From: Leucoraja ocellata
Lineage: Eukaryota
Reading direction: 5' to 3'
DNA: 51,046 nt
Assembly: GCA_036785375.1 (NCBI GenBank)
Contig: JAWMAR010004428.1
Span: forward strand, 1 to 51,046
In this document: positions 25,901 through 34,869 of the stretch, in pieces
Layout of the letters: each line of letters begins with the position of its first letter
How positions within the stretch are numbered: the first letter of the stretch is position 1
Program-made: the position numbers and the translations under genes
Notes under the pieces: generated by a model
Seen by the model: only the letters and a program-made list of their open reading frames with translations
Databases searched by the model: none
What the model was told of the DNA's origin: nothing

Positions 25901-27266
25901 AGCCACAAGGGCCACATCTAACTCCCCCTTAAATATAGCCAATGAACTGGCCTCAACTACCTTCTGCGGCAGAGAATTCCAGAGATTCACCACTCTCTGT
26001 GTGAAAAAGGTTTTCCTCACCTCGGTCCTAAAAGATTTCCCCCTTATCCTTAAACTGTGATCCCTTAAACATTTAGCCTCTGTTATTTTAATTTATCCTA
26101 TCCTGGTTTAAAAAACTCTGTGTCATTCACCTTATTAATCCCTCTCGTGATTATATGCGCCTCCATCGCCCCTTGGTCTCCTGCGCTCCAAGGAATAAAG
26201 TCCTAGCTTGCCCAATCTCTCCCTACAGCTCGGGTCCTTAAGTGCTGGAAATGTTCTCGTAAATCTTCACTGCATTATTTCCATCTTAATGGCATCCTTC
26301 CTACACCAGGGTGACCCTTTAGAACGACAGGGAACAAAATACATGGAAAGTGGGCCGTCGGGCCACGACAACTCTCCTATCGCCTCTGGTGAACTATCAG
26401 GTTCGGGCACATTTTACGTAGGATTGAAAATATATTGTGTTGCCACTCTGATATTTCGCATGGGAAATTTTATAATGCAATTCACAGTGATCAACCCAAT
26501 CCTTATTCCCTTAAAAAATAGTTTTCATTTTTTTCAGTTTTCGGTGCATATGACAGTTAAAAAAAACCCCAGTCTTGAAATAGCTCCTGTCTGTGAGGTT
26601 CATACTGTCACGAGTTCAGATTCTCATTTCAATTTTACTTTCCACAGGCGATACAAAGTGAACTGACCCGTGTGCCAAACTCCATCATTTTAATTTTCTG
26701 CGGACAGCCACTCCTTCATTTCCCCTCCAACAACATTTACGATGATATTCCCTCCGATGCATTTGCAGGATATTTTTTCTACTTTCCAGTATCTTAATAC
26801 AGGTGCGGCGATGCTAATATTTACGACTCTATGACTCTATTTATTTTCAGATTTGCTTGTGGAGAATGCTGGAATGATATTCAACGTTACACGTTGTTTC
26901 GTTTGTGCCCTGCGTTGTCCAGCAATAACTGGGCACGACTTGCTCCCACACCTGAGTGCTGTTATCCACTTGGCTCCAGGAACAGATACTGTCTTCCGAG
27001 TTGCCATTTTCCTTTAACCGATTTTCAAGAAGTGGGGAAAGTCTATTTACGTTCACAGTTTCAAACCCGCGTTACAATTTGTGAATCTAGATAATGTAAT
27101 TCAATTCTATGCCTTTCACCGATTGCACAAACTCGGCCCGTGGACAATGCAGTGGACAATTGATCGCATGCACAATAGGCTCATTAATTTAGTGTTATAT
27201 CTCACGAAGTAATAATAATATAAACAGCACAATCGTATCTGACGATTTGGGAATCATTAGGATCAT
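4867..27266 (-). CDS. Spliced gene model (16 coding exons): group-B SRCR type I membrane receptor, CD163/WC1/SCART-like, 7 SRCR domains; 1-bp frameshift in exon 6 in this assembly
   Basis: Exons 27206-27266, 25312-25356, 25163-25195, 22023-22379, 20038-20349, 16895-17208, 14773-15087, 12827-13141, 12379-12696, 12227-12301, 11262-11573, 9325-9456, 8318-8419, 6503-6613, 5850-5981, 4867-4907. All are bounded by AG/GT (one GC) and join in phase 1. They sum to 2975 nt, one short of 992 codons. One SRCR domain per exon is the group-B pattern. Confidence 0.88.
4990..5500 (-). mobile_element. CR1 3' fragment
   Basis: gagtcat tail and reverse-complement CR1 3' coding sequence. Confidence 0.75.
5850..5981 (-). 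CDS. Exon 15, cytoplasmic [22 protein letters not shown]
   Basis: CTTCCTCCTAG acceptor, G|GTGAGT donor, 132 nt phase 1/1. Confidence 0.78.
6503..6613 (-). CDS. Exon 14, cytoplasmic [37 protein letters not shown]
   Basis: GACTTCTAG acceptor, G|GTTGGT donor, 111 nt, open in phase 1. Confidence 0.8.
6785..8215 (+). mobile_element. Decayed Penelope-like element: RT, EN, C/T-rich tail, terminal repeat
   Basis: LQIK*VAM..MGP RT motif, [14 protein letters not shown] relic, ends with a decayed TGAAGAAGGG..CAAACGGTCA terminal motif. Confidence 0.75.
8318..8419 (-). CDS. Exon 13, cytoplasmic [34 protein letters not shown]
   Basis: TTTAAACAG acceptor, A|GTGAGT donor, 102 nt; YEEI motif resembles the WC1 YEEL motif. 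Confidence 0.88.
9325..9456 (-). CDS. Exon 12, transmembrane exon
   Basis: ..[24 protein letters not shown] followed by basic RRQSARR stop-transfer; 132 nt, G|GTGAGG donor. Confidence 0.9.
10140..10990 (+). mobile_element. CR1/HER1-type LINE 3' end
   Basis: [41 protein letters not shown]; 3' UTR with (tttctatg)n tail. Confidence 0.92.
11262..11573 (-). CDS. Exon 11, SRCR7 (membrane-proximal)
   Basis: [42 protein letters not shown]; 312 nt, G|GTATGT donor. Confidence 0.95.
11605..11970 (-). mobile_element. Penelope-like 3' end and terminal repeat
   Basis: gtgctgaagtaactcaacgggtcagacagcatct..gacgtttcggatcgggacccatctttagac followed by a purine-rich tail. Confidence 0.7.
12227..12301 (-). CDS. 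Exon 10, inter-domain linker [25 protein letters not shown] with GC donor
   Basis: Acceptor TTCACTGTTCTCAACAG 77 nt after exon 9, 75 nt open in phase 1, ends CAG|GCGAGT. Confidence 0.65.
12379..12696 (-). CDS. Exon 9, SRCR6
   Basis: [40 protein letters not shown]; 318 nt, G|GTAACA donor. Confidence 0.95.
12827..13141 (-). CDS. Exon 8, SRCR5
   Basis: [45 protein letters not shown]; 315 nt, A|GTAAGG donor. Confidence 0.95.
13190..13440 (+). mobile_element. Small Penelope-like RT fragment
   Basis: Resembles the 7020-7150 region (FFLSR..PHTHH..LL); heavily decayed. Confidence 0.45.
13660..13935 (+). mobile_element. tRNA-derived SINE (HE1/V-SINE-like)
   Basis: A-box-like GGCGCAGATGG, B-box GGTTCGATCC, core ggtgctgt.tgtgg, CR1-like tail gggccgaagggcctg. 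Confidence 0.75.
14039..14254. other. Assembly gap (216 N) next to GT repeats, in the SRCR4-SRCR5 intron
   Basis: N run. Confidence 1.
14773..15087 (-). CDS. Exon 7, SRCR4 (6 Cys, divergent)
   Basis: [40 protein letters not shown]; 315 nt, G|GTGAAT donor. Confidence 0.93.
15215..15740 (+). mobile_element. CR1 LINE 3' end; shorter same-family copies at ~14360-14580 (+), 13475-13630 (-), 16590-16760 (-), 20820-21020 (-), 9770-9880 (-)
   Basis: Shared 3' UTR gatcagccatgatc..gggccgaatggcctactc. Confidence 0.88.
16063..16230 (+). mobile_element. Short palindromic Penelope terminal-repeat element with hammerhead core
   Basis: gctggagtaactcag..gcatct arm, then CTGAAGAAGGGTCTCGACCAGAAACGTC (16154-16181), then inverted arm ctgagttactcc. 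Confidence 0.75.
16895..17208 (-). pseudogene. Exon 6, SRCR3, frameshifted by a 1-bp deletion near 17180
   Basis: 314 nt. [10 protein letters not shown] reads in one frame and [17 protein letters not shown] in another; AAACAG acceptor, G|GTGAGT donor. Confidence 0.85.
20038..20349 (-). CDS. Exon 5, SRCR2 (8 Cys)
   Basis: [42 protein letters not shown]; TTCCTCAG acceptor, G|GTGAGT donor; 312 nt. Confidence 0.95.
22023..22379 (-). CDS. Exon 4, SRCR1 (6 Cys, internal duplication)
   Basis: [46 protein letters not shown]; TTTTCAG acceptor, G|GTAAAC donor; 357 nt. Confidence 0.95.
22583..24575. mobile_element. Non-autonomous hAT-type DNA transposon
   Basis: 35-bp TIRs CATAGATCTTATAGCAGAGCAAGATGGGTTACTCT matching 31/35; perfect 8-bp TSD CTGGTAAC at 22575-22582 and 24576-24583; no transposase. 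Confidence 0.88.
22731..23968 (+). repeat. G-rich minisatellite, unit GGGGAGAGGGAGTGTGGGGCCC (22 bp, with 28-bp variants)
   Basis: Directly visible tandem array; it explains the Gly/Arg/Glu-rich ORFs in all frames. Confidence 0.97.
25163..25195 (-). CDS. Exon 3, mini-exon (G)[10 protein letters not shown]
   Basis: Long pyrimidine tract TCTTTATTTCTCATTTCAG, donor CAG|GTAACC, 33 nt phase 1/1. Confidence 0.7.
25312..25356 (-). CDS. Exon 2, end of signal peptide (P)VRNAAA|QVTIGTFS
   Basis: Acceptor TTCTCTGTAG, donor G|GTGATG, 45 nt symmetric phase 1; supplies an AxA cleavage site. Confidence 0.65.
25520..26310 (-). mobile_element. Older CR1 fragment with a younger CR1 3' end (~25760-26060) nested inside
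   Basis: (catagaaa)n tail at ~25760 interrupts the host, which resumes at ~26063. Confidence 0.8.
27206..27266 (-). CDS. Exon 1, signal peptide [20 protein letters not shown]
   Basis: AATATGA start context, in-frame TGA just upstream, hydrophobic core, donor C|GTGAGA in phase 1. Confidence 0.75.
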
Positions 27267-27369
27267 ATTTTCTCAGACGTGTATTACGATTATTCAAGTA
27301 TTTAATGCACACGGAAGCAGTACCATTACACATCATGTATAAAACACAGTTCCCATTCTAAACTTCTAA

Positions 27370-28020
27370 GGACAAGAAGGAGACCATTCAGCCCATCGGC
27401 TCCATACCAAGCACTGTACAACAGTCTCGTTGATTTAATTTACCCTCTCCTTATTTCCTTTCATTCGGGCCCATCAACACTTCTTTCGTCCGTTTGACCA
27501 TTCTACTCAGATAATTTACAGTAGGTAATTAAACTACGTAGCAACAAATCATTGGGATGCGCGAAGAAACGCGAGCACCCGGGCAAACGCGCACAGTCAC
27601 AGGGAAGATGCAAGTGTAATAGCGTGTTATACAGCACCGGTGGTAAGGAATGAACCGAGATCGCTACAACTGGGTGGAAGCAGCGGTAGTAAAATTAAAT
27701 AGAGGATACCGATAACGTGCTCCTTCCAACCAGTAGAGCCACTGCAGGCAGCGTCATAGACCCGACTTCAATGCCGACCTCGGGTGCTGTCAGTGTGGAT
27801 TTTGCACGTTCTCCTAGTGCCTGTGTGGGTTTCCCCCGCGCGTTCTGTTTTTGTCCTACATTCAAAACCGGGCATTTACCCACTGTAAATATTCCCTCAT
27901 GTGCATGAGTGGCAGAATCTTCGGGGAGTTGATGAGAACGGGAAATATAAAACAGGATTAATGATGCAATTGGATGTTTGCTGCTCGCCTGAGACTCGGT
28001 GGTCAAGGGGTCTTTCCATG
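27370..28020. mobile_element. Two decayed SINEs head to head (~27370-27690 -, ~27730-28020 +)
   Basis: ggtgctgtcagtgtggattttgcacgttctc core on +, reverse-complement core and CR1-like tail on -. Confidence 0.6.
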
Positions 28021-28855
28021 TTGTTTGTTTAAACCAGAATCTGCAGTTCCTTCCTACACATTTACTTAGATGCCAACGTGGTGTCAATTACACAGGCTCC
28101 AACAGTATTCAATGACGTGATGTTATCTTAACGACAAAATCAGAAGCAAAGTTGGTGTTTGATTTAGCCAGCGCCCAATTTCTGCCGATAATTCACGGAT
28201 GAATATGTCCTGCTTTTGTTTTCTGATTTATATAATGAGGTGGACGGGAATGGAGAAACAGCAGCGGAATATATGCCTGGATTTATCTATAAAGCATCAA
28301 ATGAGATAAATCTTCAAAAAAAAAGAAGTAAAACTCTGAAACTCTCAACAGAGAGAAAACAGAGGTGAGTTCTGTACATCAGTCCCAACGTGGACTGTTT
28401 TACTTTCCTCAGAAGCTGCGGCCCCGCCGAAGGTTCTGTTTGCGCGTCTCACTGCCTCATTATGTATTTAACACGAGGTATATGTAGGAGGTAAAATATC
28501 AAGGCGAAATTTGTGACGGAAATCTGCACTGAACTTTTAACCAACATAGAACAAGTGAAAAGCAATTTAAATAAAATTGCAACATCTCTCTAACTGCGAT
28601 TCTCCACCGAAACAGAATGGAGAATGTACAAATGCCCCGAGAAATAAATGTGTTGCTACTAATAGCCGGACACGCATAGTGCCAAACTGAAAACTCCGTT
28701 GATATATAATGTGACGCATTTGAAGATCATTGACCCTGTGTGGAAATGTCAGCGTCAATATCAGCGAAAATTAATAAAACCTTTCCACCAACAGGTTACT
28801 AACTACATTTTATAAATATGCTCAGTTCACAGTGTGACATGGTGGATAAAAATAC

Positions 28856-29094
28856 CTGCAACTGATCACTATCAGCGGCAAGAATCTGTGTGCGGCTTCA
28901 GTCAGCAAAAGCTGCAGCTTTGGATGCTGTTGTTCACCTCAAGGAGTTTATACTCTCCGGACTCCGATGTACTCTGCCCCAACAGTGACCGCCCTATACC
29001 TCTGATAAATTCAGATTAATAATCTGTTTCTGAATTGCAGTACACAAGACCCGAGCCTTGCGGGTTGACTGATCTGTGACTGAAGAAAATTCCC
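28856..29094 (-). promoter_or_regulatory. Putative promoter and non-coding first exon, proximal copy
   Basis: Minus-strand order: GGGAATTTTC kB-like (29085-29094), GGGCGG (28989-28994), TATAAA (28947-28952), then CAG|GTATTT donor at 28855. Confidence 0.45.
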
Positions 29095-30726
29095 GTGGAT
29101 GAAATATCACGTTTAAATCTGTTTTCAAAAATCGGAATGGGAAGTTAAATGTGTTAATCTTGGCGACATTATCCAAGTATGTAGCTTATTCCGACGGAAT
29201 TGTGCGACTGTTAAACAAGGACACAAATAGCAAACATTAGAAAATAACTAATTAATTATAGAAAGCAAATAACACATTTCAATATTCCATTCAGCCGTTG
29301 TCAACGTGAATGAGCCTATTGTTTTAATCCACTCTGCTCCTGTGCCCTCATTACAAACACCCAAAGGCCTGATCTGGCCAGGTGGAAAATTCACACGTGA
29401 AGACATTTTTCATCACTTTAATAGATCACTATGTTTTCATCACAACATTTAGAGATACAGACATAAAGGGCTGCAGTAACCCAGCGGGTGAGGCAGCATC
29501 AGTTTGAAGAAGGGGGGCGATTTGAAACGTCACCTATCCATGTTCTCCAGAGAAGCTGCCTGACACGATGTGTTATTACAACAAATTGAGTTTTTTTTGT
29601 AAACCAGCATCTGCAGGCCCTCGTGTCTCCATTCGGAGATACATATTTTCTGATCGACATATCAAACAGAAACAAACTGAAGTTAGCTGTTAATAGAAAA
29701 TGCAGGACGTGGAGCCAGTGGAAGCAACTGAAAAACGTATCGGTATTTCATCAAACGCAACTGAATATTCTGCAGAAAATTCAATATAGGCCAATCGATT
29801 TCAAAAGAAAGGAGATGTAAAGATTGCCGAAAGTCTACTCGATCAGGCAATGTGCATTTCCCTTTGATGGAGTTTATAACATAAACCTTAACCAAAACCG
29901 TGAACATTGAGAAACTATACGATCTACTGAACGTGGCACTAAATAGAAGCGTCAATGAGGTGGACGGGAATTGAGAAACAACAGCTGAATATGTGCCTGA
30001 ATTTATCTGGAAAGCAGCAAATGGGAGAAATCTTCAAAACAGAGGTAACACTCTGAAACACTCAGTACCCGTGGAACGAGAAACAAAGGTGATTTGTTCT
30101 CTGCTGTTCTTTCCACAAATTCTGTCCATCAGTCCCAACGTGGACTATTATACTTTCCTCAGCAGCTGCTGCCCCGCCGAAGGTTCTGTTTACACGTCTC
30201 TCTCCATCTCCCTCTCTCTCTGTCTGTCTGTCTGTGTCTCTCTCTCATTGAGCATTTAACACGAGGTAAATGAATGAGATTAAACATCAAGCTGAATTTT
30301 ATCACGGAAATCTGCACTAAACTTTCAAGCTGAATCGAAGAAGTGAATTTGCATCATCTCACAAATTGCGATTCTCCACATAAACAAAATGGAGAATGCA
30401 AAAATGCCCCGAGCAAAATGCGTTGCTACTTATTGCCGCACACACACAGGGGCAAAGTGAAAACTCAGTTTAATATATAGTGTCACACATTTGAAGATAA
30501 TTGTAGGCAAATTAAACTCTACCGCTGTGTGGAAATGTCGGTGTCAATATCCTTCCTAGTGAGTGATTAAGATCAATGACAAAATGAATGTTAATTTTAG
30601 CAGTGTTCATTCTACATCGATGTGCCTTCTAATGATGTAAAATTAATAAAACATTTCCAACAACACGATATTAACTACAATTTATAAATTTGCTCCGCTC
30701 ACTCTATGACATGGTGGACACAAAAT

Positions 30727-30965
30727 CTGCAACTGATCACTATCAGCGACAGGAATGTGTATGCGGCTTCAGTCAGCAACAGCTGCAGCTTTGGATGCTG
30801 TTGTTCACCTCAAGGAGTTTATACTCTCCGGACCCCGATGTACTCTGTACCAACAGTGACCGCCCTATATCTCTGATCAATTCAGATTAATAATCTCTTT
30901 CTGAATTGCAGTACACAAGACCCGAGTCTTGCGGGTGGACTGATCTGTAACTGAAGAAAATTCCC
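30727..30965 (-). promoter_or_regulatory. Putative promoter, distal copy, donor mutated
   Basis: Same motifs at 30956-30965, 30860-30865 and 30818-30823; the donor position reads CAG|ATTTTG. Confidence 0.4.
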
Positions 30966-32009
30966 GTAGATGAAATTTCACGTTTAAATCTGTTTGACAA
31001 AATCGGAATGGGACGTTAAATGTGTTAATCTCGGCGACATTATCCAAACACGCACTGTTCGGCAGATGTCAGCAACTAGTTACCAAATGGCTCAGTTAGA
31101 AAATATTAAAAAATAATGAATTATTTAAAAAAATAATTGCCACACTTGAATAGTCCACTTCTCCCGTCATAAATTTGAAGTATATGAGCATATTTTCTCA
31201 TCTCTGCTCCTGTGATCTCATTATAAAAACACACAACCCCCTGATCTGGACAGGTGGACATTTCACACGTGGCAGAAATTTATCATCAATTTAATAGATC
31301 ACTATTTTATTAATCACAATAATTAGTGATCAGCCACAAAGTGCTGGAGTGACTCAGTGGATCAGGCAGCAACAGTTTAAAGAAGGGTCCCGACCCGAAA
31401 TGTCATCTATCGAAGTTCTCCAGAGACGCTGCCTGACCCGCTGTGTTATTCCAGCAAATTGTGTCTTTGTTCGTAAAGCAGCATCTGCAGGCCCTTGTGT
31501 CTCCATTCAGAGAATAAATTTGTTCTACTATCCACTGTCCATACACCACAACGTTCAATTATGTAGCTATAAAGATACGGGAATATAGAGTATAATAATA
31601 AATATCATGTTAATTGATCACTGAATACTTTCAACATTCTCAATGAACTCACAGTTCCAAATCTGCATTACAACCAAAGTCAAGAAGGACCGCAGCATTC
31701 TCCCAGCGGCCAATTGCAGCGATGACACCAGGACTTCAACTGAACAGCCACTACGGACATAGAATGGTCTCTCCAAGATCTTCTGACACACTAACGTATC
31801 TGAGAGTTGATTCTTTGATAACTGTTTTCACAGTAAATGATGTTTTGCTCCAAACAACCAATAGATTTTGAACGAAGTAAGGCGTGAACTGCAGTCTGCT
31901 CGAATGCACCAATGAGAATGAACCTGCCCATTAATGGGTTTGTCCCATCCATTTTCTTTCTTTCGCCTTCTCTTGAGAAACCAATGAAGGGATTAAAAGT
32001 AACTTTAAC

Positions 32010-32925
32010 ACACTTGCAGATGACACAAAGCTGGGTGGGGGTGTGAACTGTGAGGAGGATGCTATGAGATTGCAGGGTGACCTGGTCAGGTTGGGTGAGT
32101 GGGCAGATGCATGGCAGATGCAGTTTAATGTGGATAAATGTGAGGTTATCCACTTAGGTGGCAAAAACAGGAAGGCAGAATATTATCTGAATTTTGACAA
32201 GTTGGGGAAAGGGGAAGCACAATGAGATCTTGGGGTCTTTGTTCATTAGTCACTGAAGTAAGCATGCAGGTACAGCAGGCAGTGAAGAAAGCGGATGGCA
32301 TGTTTGCCTTCATAACAAGAGGAGTTGAGCATTGGAGCAAAGAGGTCGTTCTGCAGTTATACAGGGCCATAGTGAGACCACACTTGGAGTATTGTGTGCA
32401 GTTTTCTGGACAAATCTGTGGAAAGACATTCTTGCTATTGAGGGAGTGCAGAGTAGGTTAATGAGGTTATCTCCCGGGATGGCAGGACTGTCATATGTTG
32501 ATAGAATGGAGTGGCTGGGCTTGTACACTTTGGAGTTTAAAAGGATGAGAGGGGTTCTTATGGAAACAGAAAATATTATTAAGGGTTTGGACACGCTAGA
32601 GGCAGGAAACATGTTCCCAATGTTGGGGGAGTCCAGAACCAGGGGCCACAGTTTAAGAATAAAGGGTAAGCCATTAGATTGGAGATGAGGAAAAACTTTT
32701 TCACCCAGAGTGTTGTGAATCTGTGGAAATCTCTACCTGAGAAGGCAGTGGAGGCCAATTCTCTGGATGCTTTCAAGAGAGAGTTAGATAGAGCTCTTAA
32801 AGATAGCAGTGTCAAGGGATATAGTGAGAAAGCAGGAATGGGGTATTAATTGTGGATGATCAGCCATGATCACGGTGAATGGCGGTGCTGGCTCAAAGGG
32901 CCGAATGGCCTATTATCTATTGAAT
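32010..32925 (+). mobile_element. CR1 LINE 3' end
   Basis: [49 protein letters not shown]. Confidence 0.92.
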
Positions 32926-33284
32926 TTGAGACGGAAATGTGTCACCCAGCCAATACCTGCATCCAAGAAGCATACAGTTAAAGAAGCTTACCGTCAGAGA
33001 GGAGATGGTTGATCCCAGTGTCCACAGTGTGATCCAGACCATGGGGGTGCTCTTCTCATTTCCATCGTTCCACCACCAGGTGCTTTGGCAATTTGTAAAC
33101 AGTTCAGAGCACCCAGCCCACCCGCACTCTCAACAGCCGACTGAAAATACCACATCATGCCAAATGCAGTTTTAATTCATTTTTAATATGTCCTTCATCA
33201 CAGTTTGCAATGCAGAAGAGAACAAAAATACTTCATACTCTCATGTTTTTATGTTCATGTCATAGGAGCAGAATTACGCCATTT

Positions 33285-33630
33285 GGCCCATCCTGGCCAC
33301 TCACTCATCTCACCGCTGCCTTCAGGTAGAAGGTACAGGAGCCTGAAGTCTACAACGTCCAGGTTCATGAACAGCTTCTTCCCCACAGCCATCAGACTAT
33401 TAAACTCAACTGTAACAAATCTCTGAACATTAATAGACCATTATCTGTTTATTTGCACTTTATCTGCTTATTTATTGATGTGTGTATATATTTATATAAT
33501 GGTATATGGACTCACTGATATGTTCTGTATTCATGCCTACTATGTTCTGTTGTGCTGAAGCAAACCTAGAATTTCATTGTCCTATCTGGGACACATGACA
33601 ATAAACTCTCTTGACTTGACTTGACTTGAC
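33285..33630 (+). mobile_element. Rex1/Babar-type LINE 3' end
   Basis: HPGHSLISPLPSGRRYRSLKSTTSRFMNSFFPTAIRLLN, then AATAAA and (cttga)n tail. Confidence 0.8.
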
Positions 33631-34344
33631 AGTCAGTAAAACTTCCAACTTGTCCAAGTACTTCTGCAGACTCCCTGCTTCCTTTACATTAGCTACTCCT
33701 CCACCTATCTCCAAACGGCCACATATCCATGAATTTCCTCATCCAAATCATTGATAAACTATGTGAAGAGTAGCGGCCTCAACCGCGACCCCAACAGAAC
33801 ACCACTAGTCACCAGTAGCCTATCACAAAAAGTCCATTTTTCCCACTCTTTCCCTTCTGCCATTCAGCCAACCTGCTATCCATGCAGGTATCTTCCCTCT
33901 AATATCTTGCACTCTCATCTTGTTTAGCAGCATCACATGGGGCAAGTTATCCATCTGTCATAGAGTCATACAGCACGGAAACAGGCTCGACAGCCCCAAT
34001 TGTCCATGCTCTCCAAATTGCACCATCTAAGCTAGTCTCACTTGCACACATTTGACCCATATGGCTCAAACCTTTCCTTTCATGTATATCTCCATGTGTC
34101 GTTTAAATGCTGTAATAGTACCTGCCACAGCCACTGTCCCTCCTGTGGCAGCTCGGACCAGAAACCCCACCATTCTGTGAGTAAAAAAGTTGTCCCTTGG
34201 ATTTCTAATGAATTTTTCTCTGTCACCTTAAACCTCTGTCATCTAGTTATTGATTTCCATACCCTAGATAAATGATTGTGCATTAATGGGAAGGGCGGTG
34301 TTTCAGATGCTGGGGAGGGTGGGGGCGTGGTGTGGGTCAGGTGC

Positions 34345-34800
34345 TGTGTAGGGGGAAGAGGCAAGTACTGTGTGTGGGGGAGGGGGGGCAAGTACTGTGT
34401 GTGGGGGAGGGGCATGTGCTGTGTGTGTGTGTGGTGAGGGGGGGCAAGTACTGTATGAGGGGGAGGGGCAAGTACTGTATGTGGGTGAGGGGCAAGTACT
34501 GTATGTGGGTGAGGGGCAAGTACTGTATGTGGGGGAGGGGCAAGTACTGTATGTGGGGAGGGGCAAGTACTGTATGTGGGGAGGGGCAAGTACTGTATGT
34601 GGGGGAGGGGCAAGAACTGCTGTATGTGGGGGAGGGGTAAGAACTGCTGTGTGTGGGGGAGGGGCGAGTGCTATGTGTGGGGGAGGGGCAAGTGCTGTGT
34701 GGGGGAGGGGCAATTGTTGTGTGGGGGGTGGCAAGTGCTGTGTGGGGGAGGGGCGAGTGCTGTGTGGGGGAGGGGCAATTGTTGTGGGGGGGGGGGTGGC
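34345..34800 (+). repeat. Minisatellite, ~24-bp unit GGGGAGGGGCAAGTACTGTATGTG
   Basis: Directly visible tandem array. Confidence 0.93.
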
Positions 34801-34869
34801 AAGTTGGTTTAGATGATAACGTAAATTCTGCACGTGTGTGAGTCTTGTGATTGTTTTTTTCTTTCTTGG

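Larger units (their letters stand above)
28234..31515. repeat. Tandem segmental duplication: copy A 28234-~29640, copy B 29954-~31515
   Basis: Both start aatgaggtggacgggaat and end gcatctgcaggcc..gtgtctccattc; collinear throughout with indels. Confidence 0.92.

Noticed and set aside
26847-27056. Alternative first coding exon ([14 protein letters not shown]..)
   Set aside because: No hydrophobic core and a phase-2 donor; the 27206-27266 exon gives a proper signal peptide in phase 1.
28828-28855. RSS-like CACAGTG followed by an A-rich nonamer
   Set aside because: The nonamer matches only 6/9 at an 11-bp spacer, the heptamer is not kept in the duplicate copy (CACTCTA), and no V/D/J segment is adjacent.
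28834-30890. Near-identical 61-aa and 66-aa plus-strand ORFs in the two duplicate copies
   Set aside because: The similarity follows from the DNA duplication; the starts are non-ATG and their N-termini differ. A minus-strand regulatory reading fits better.
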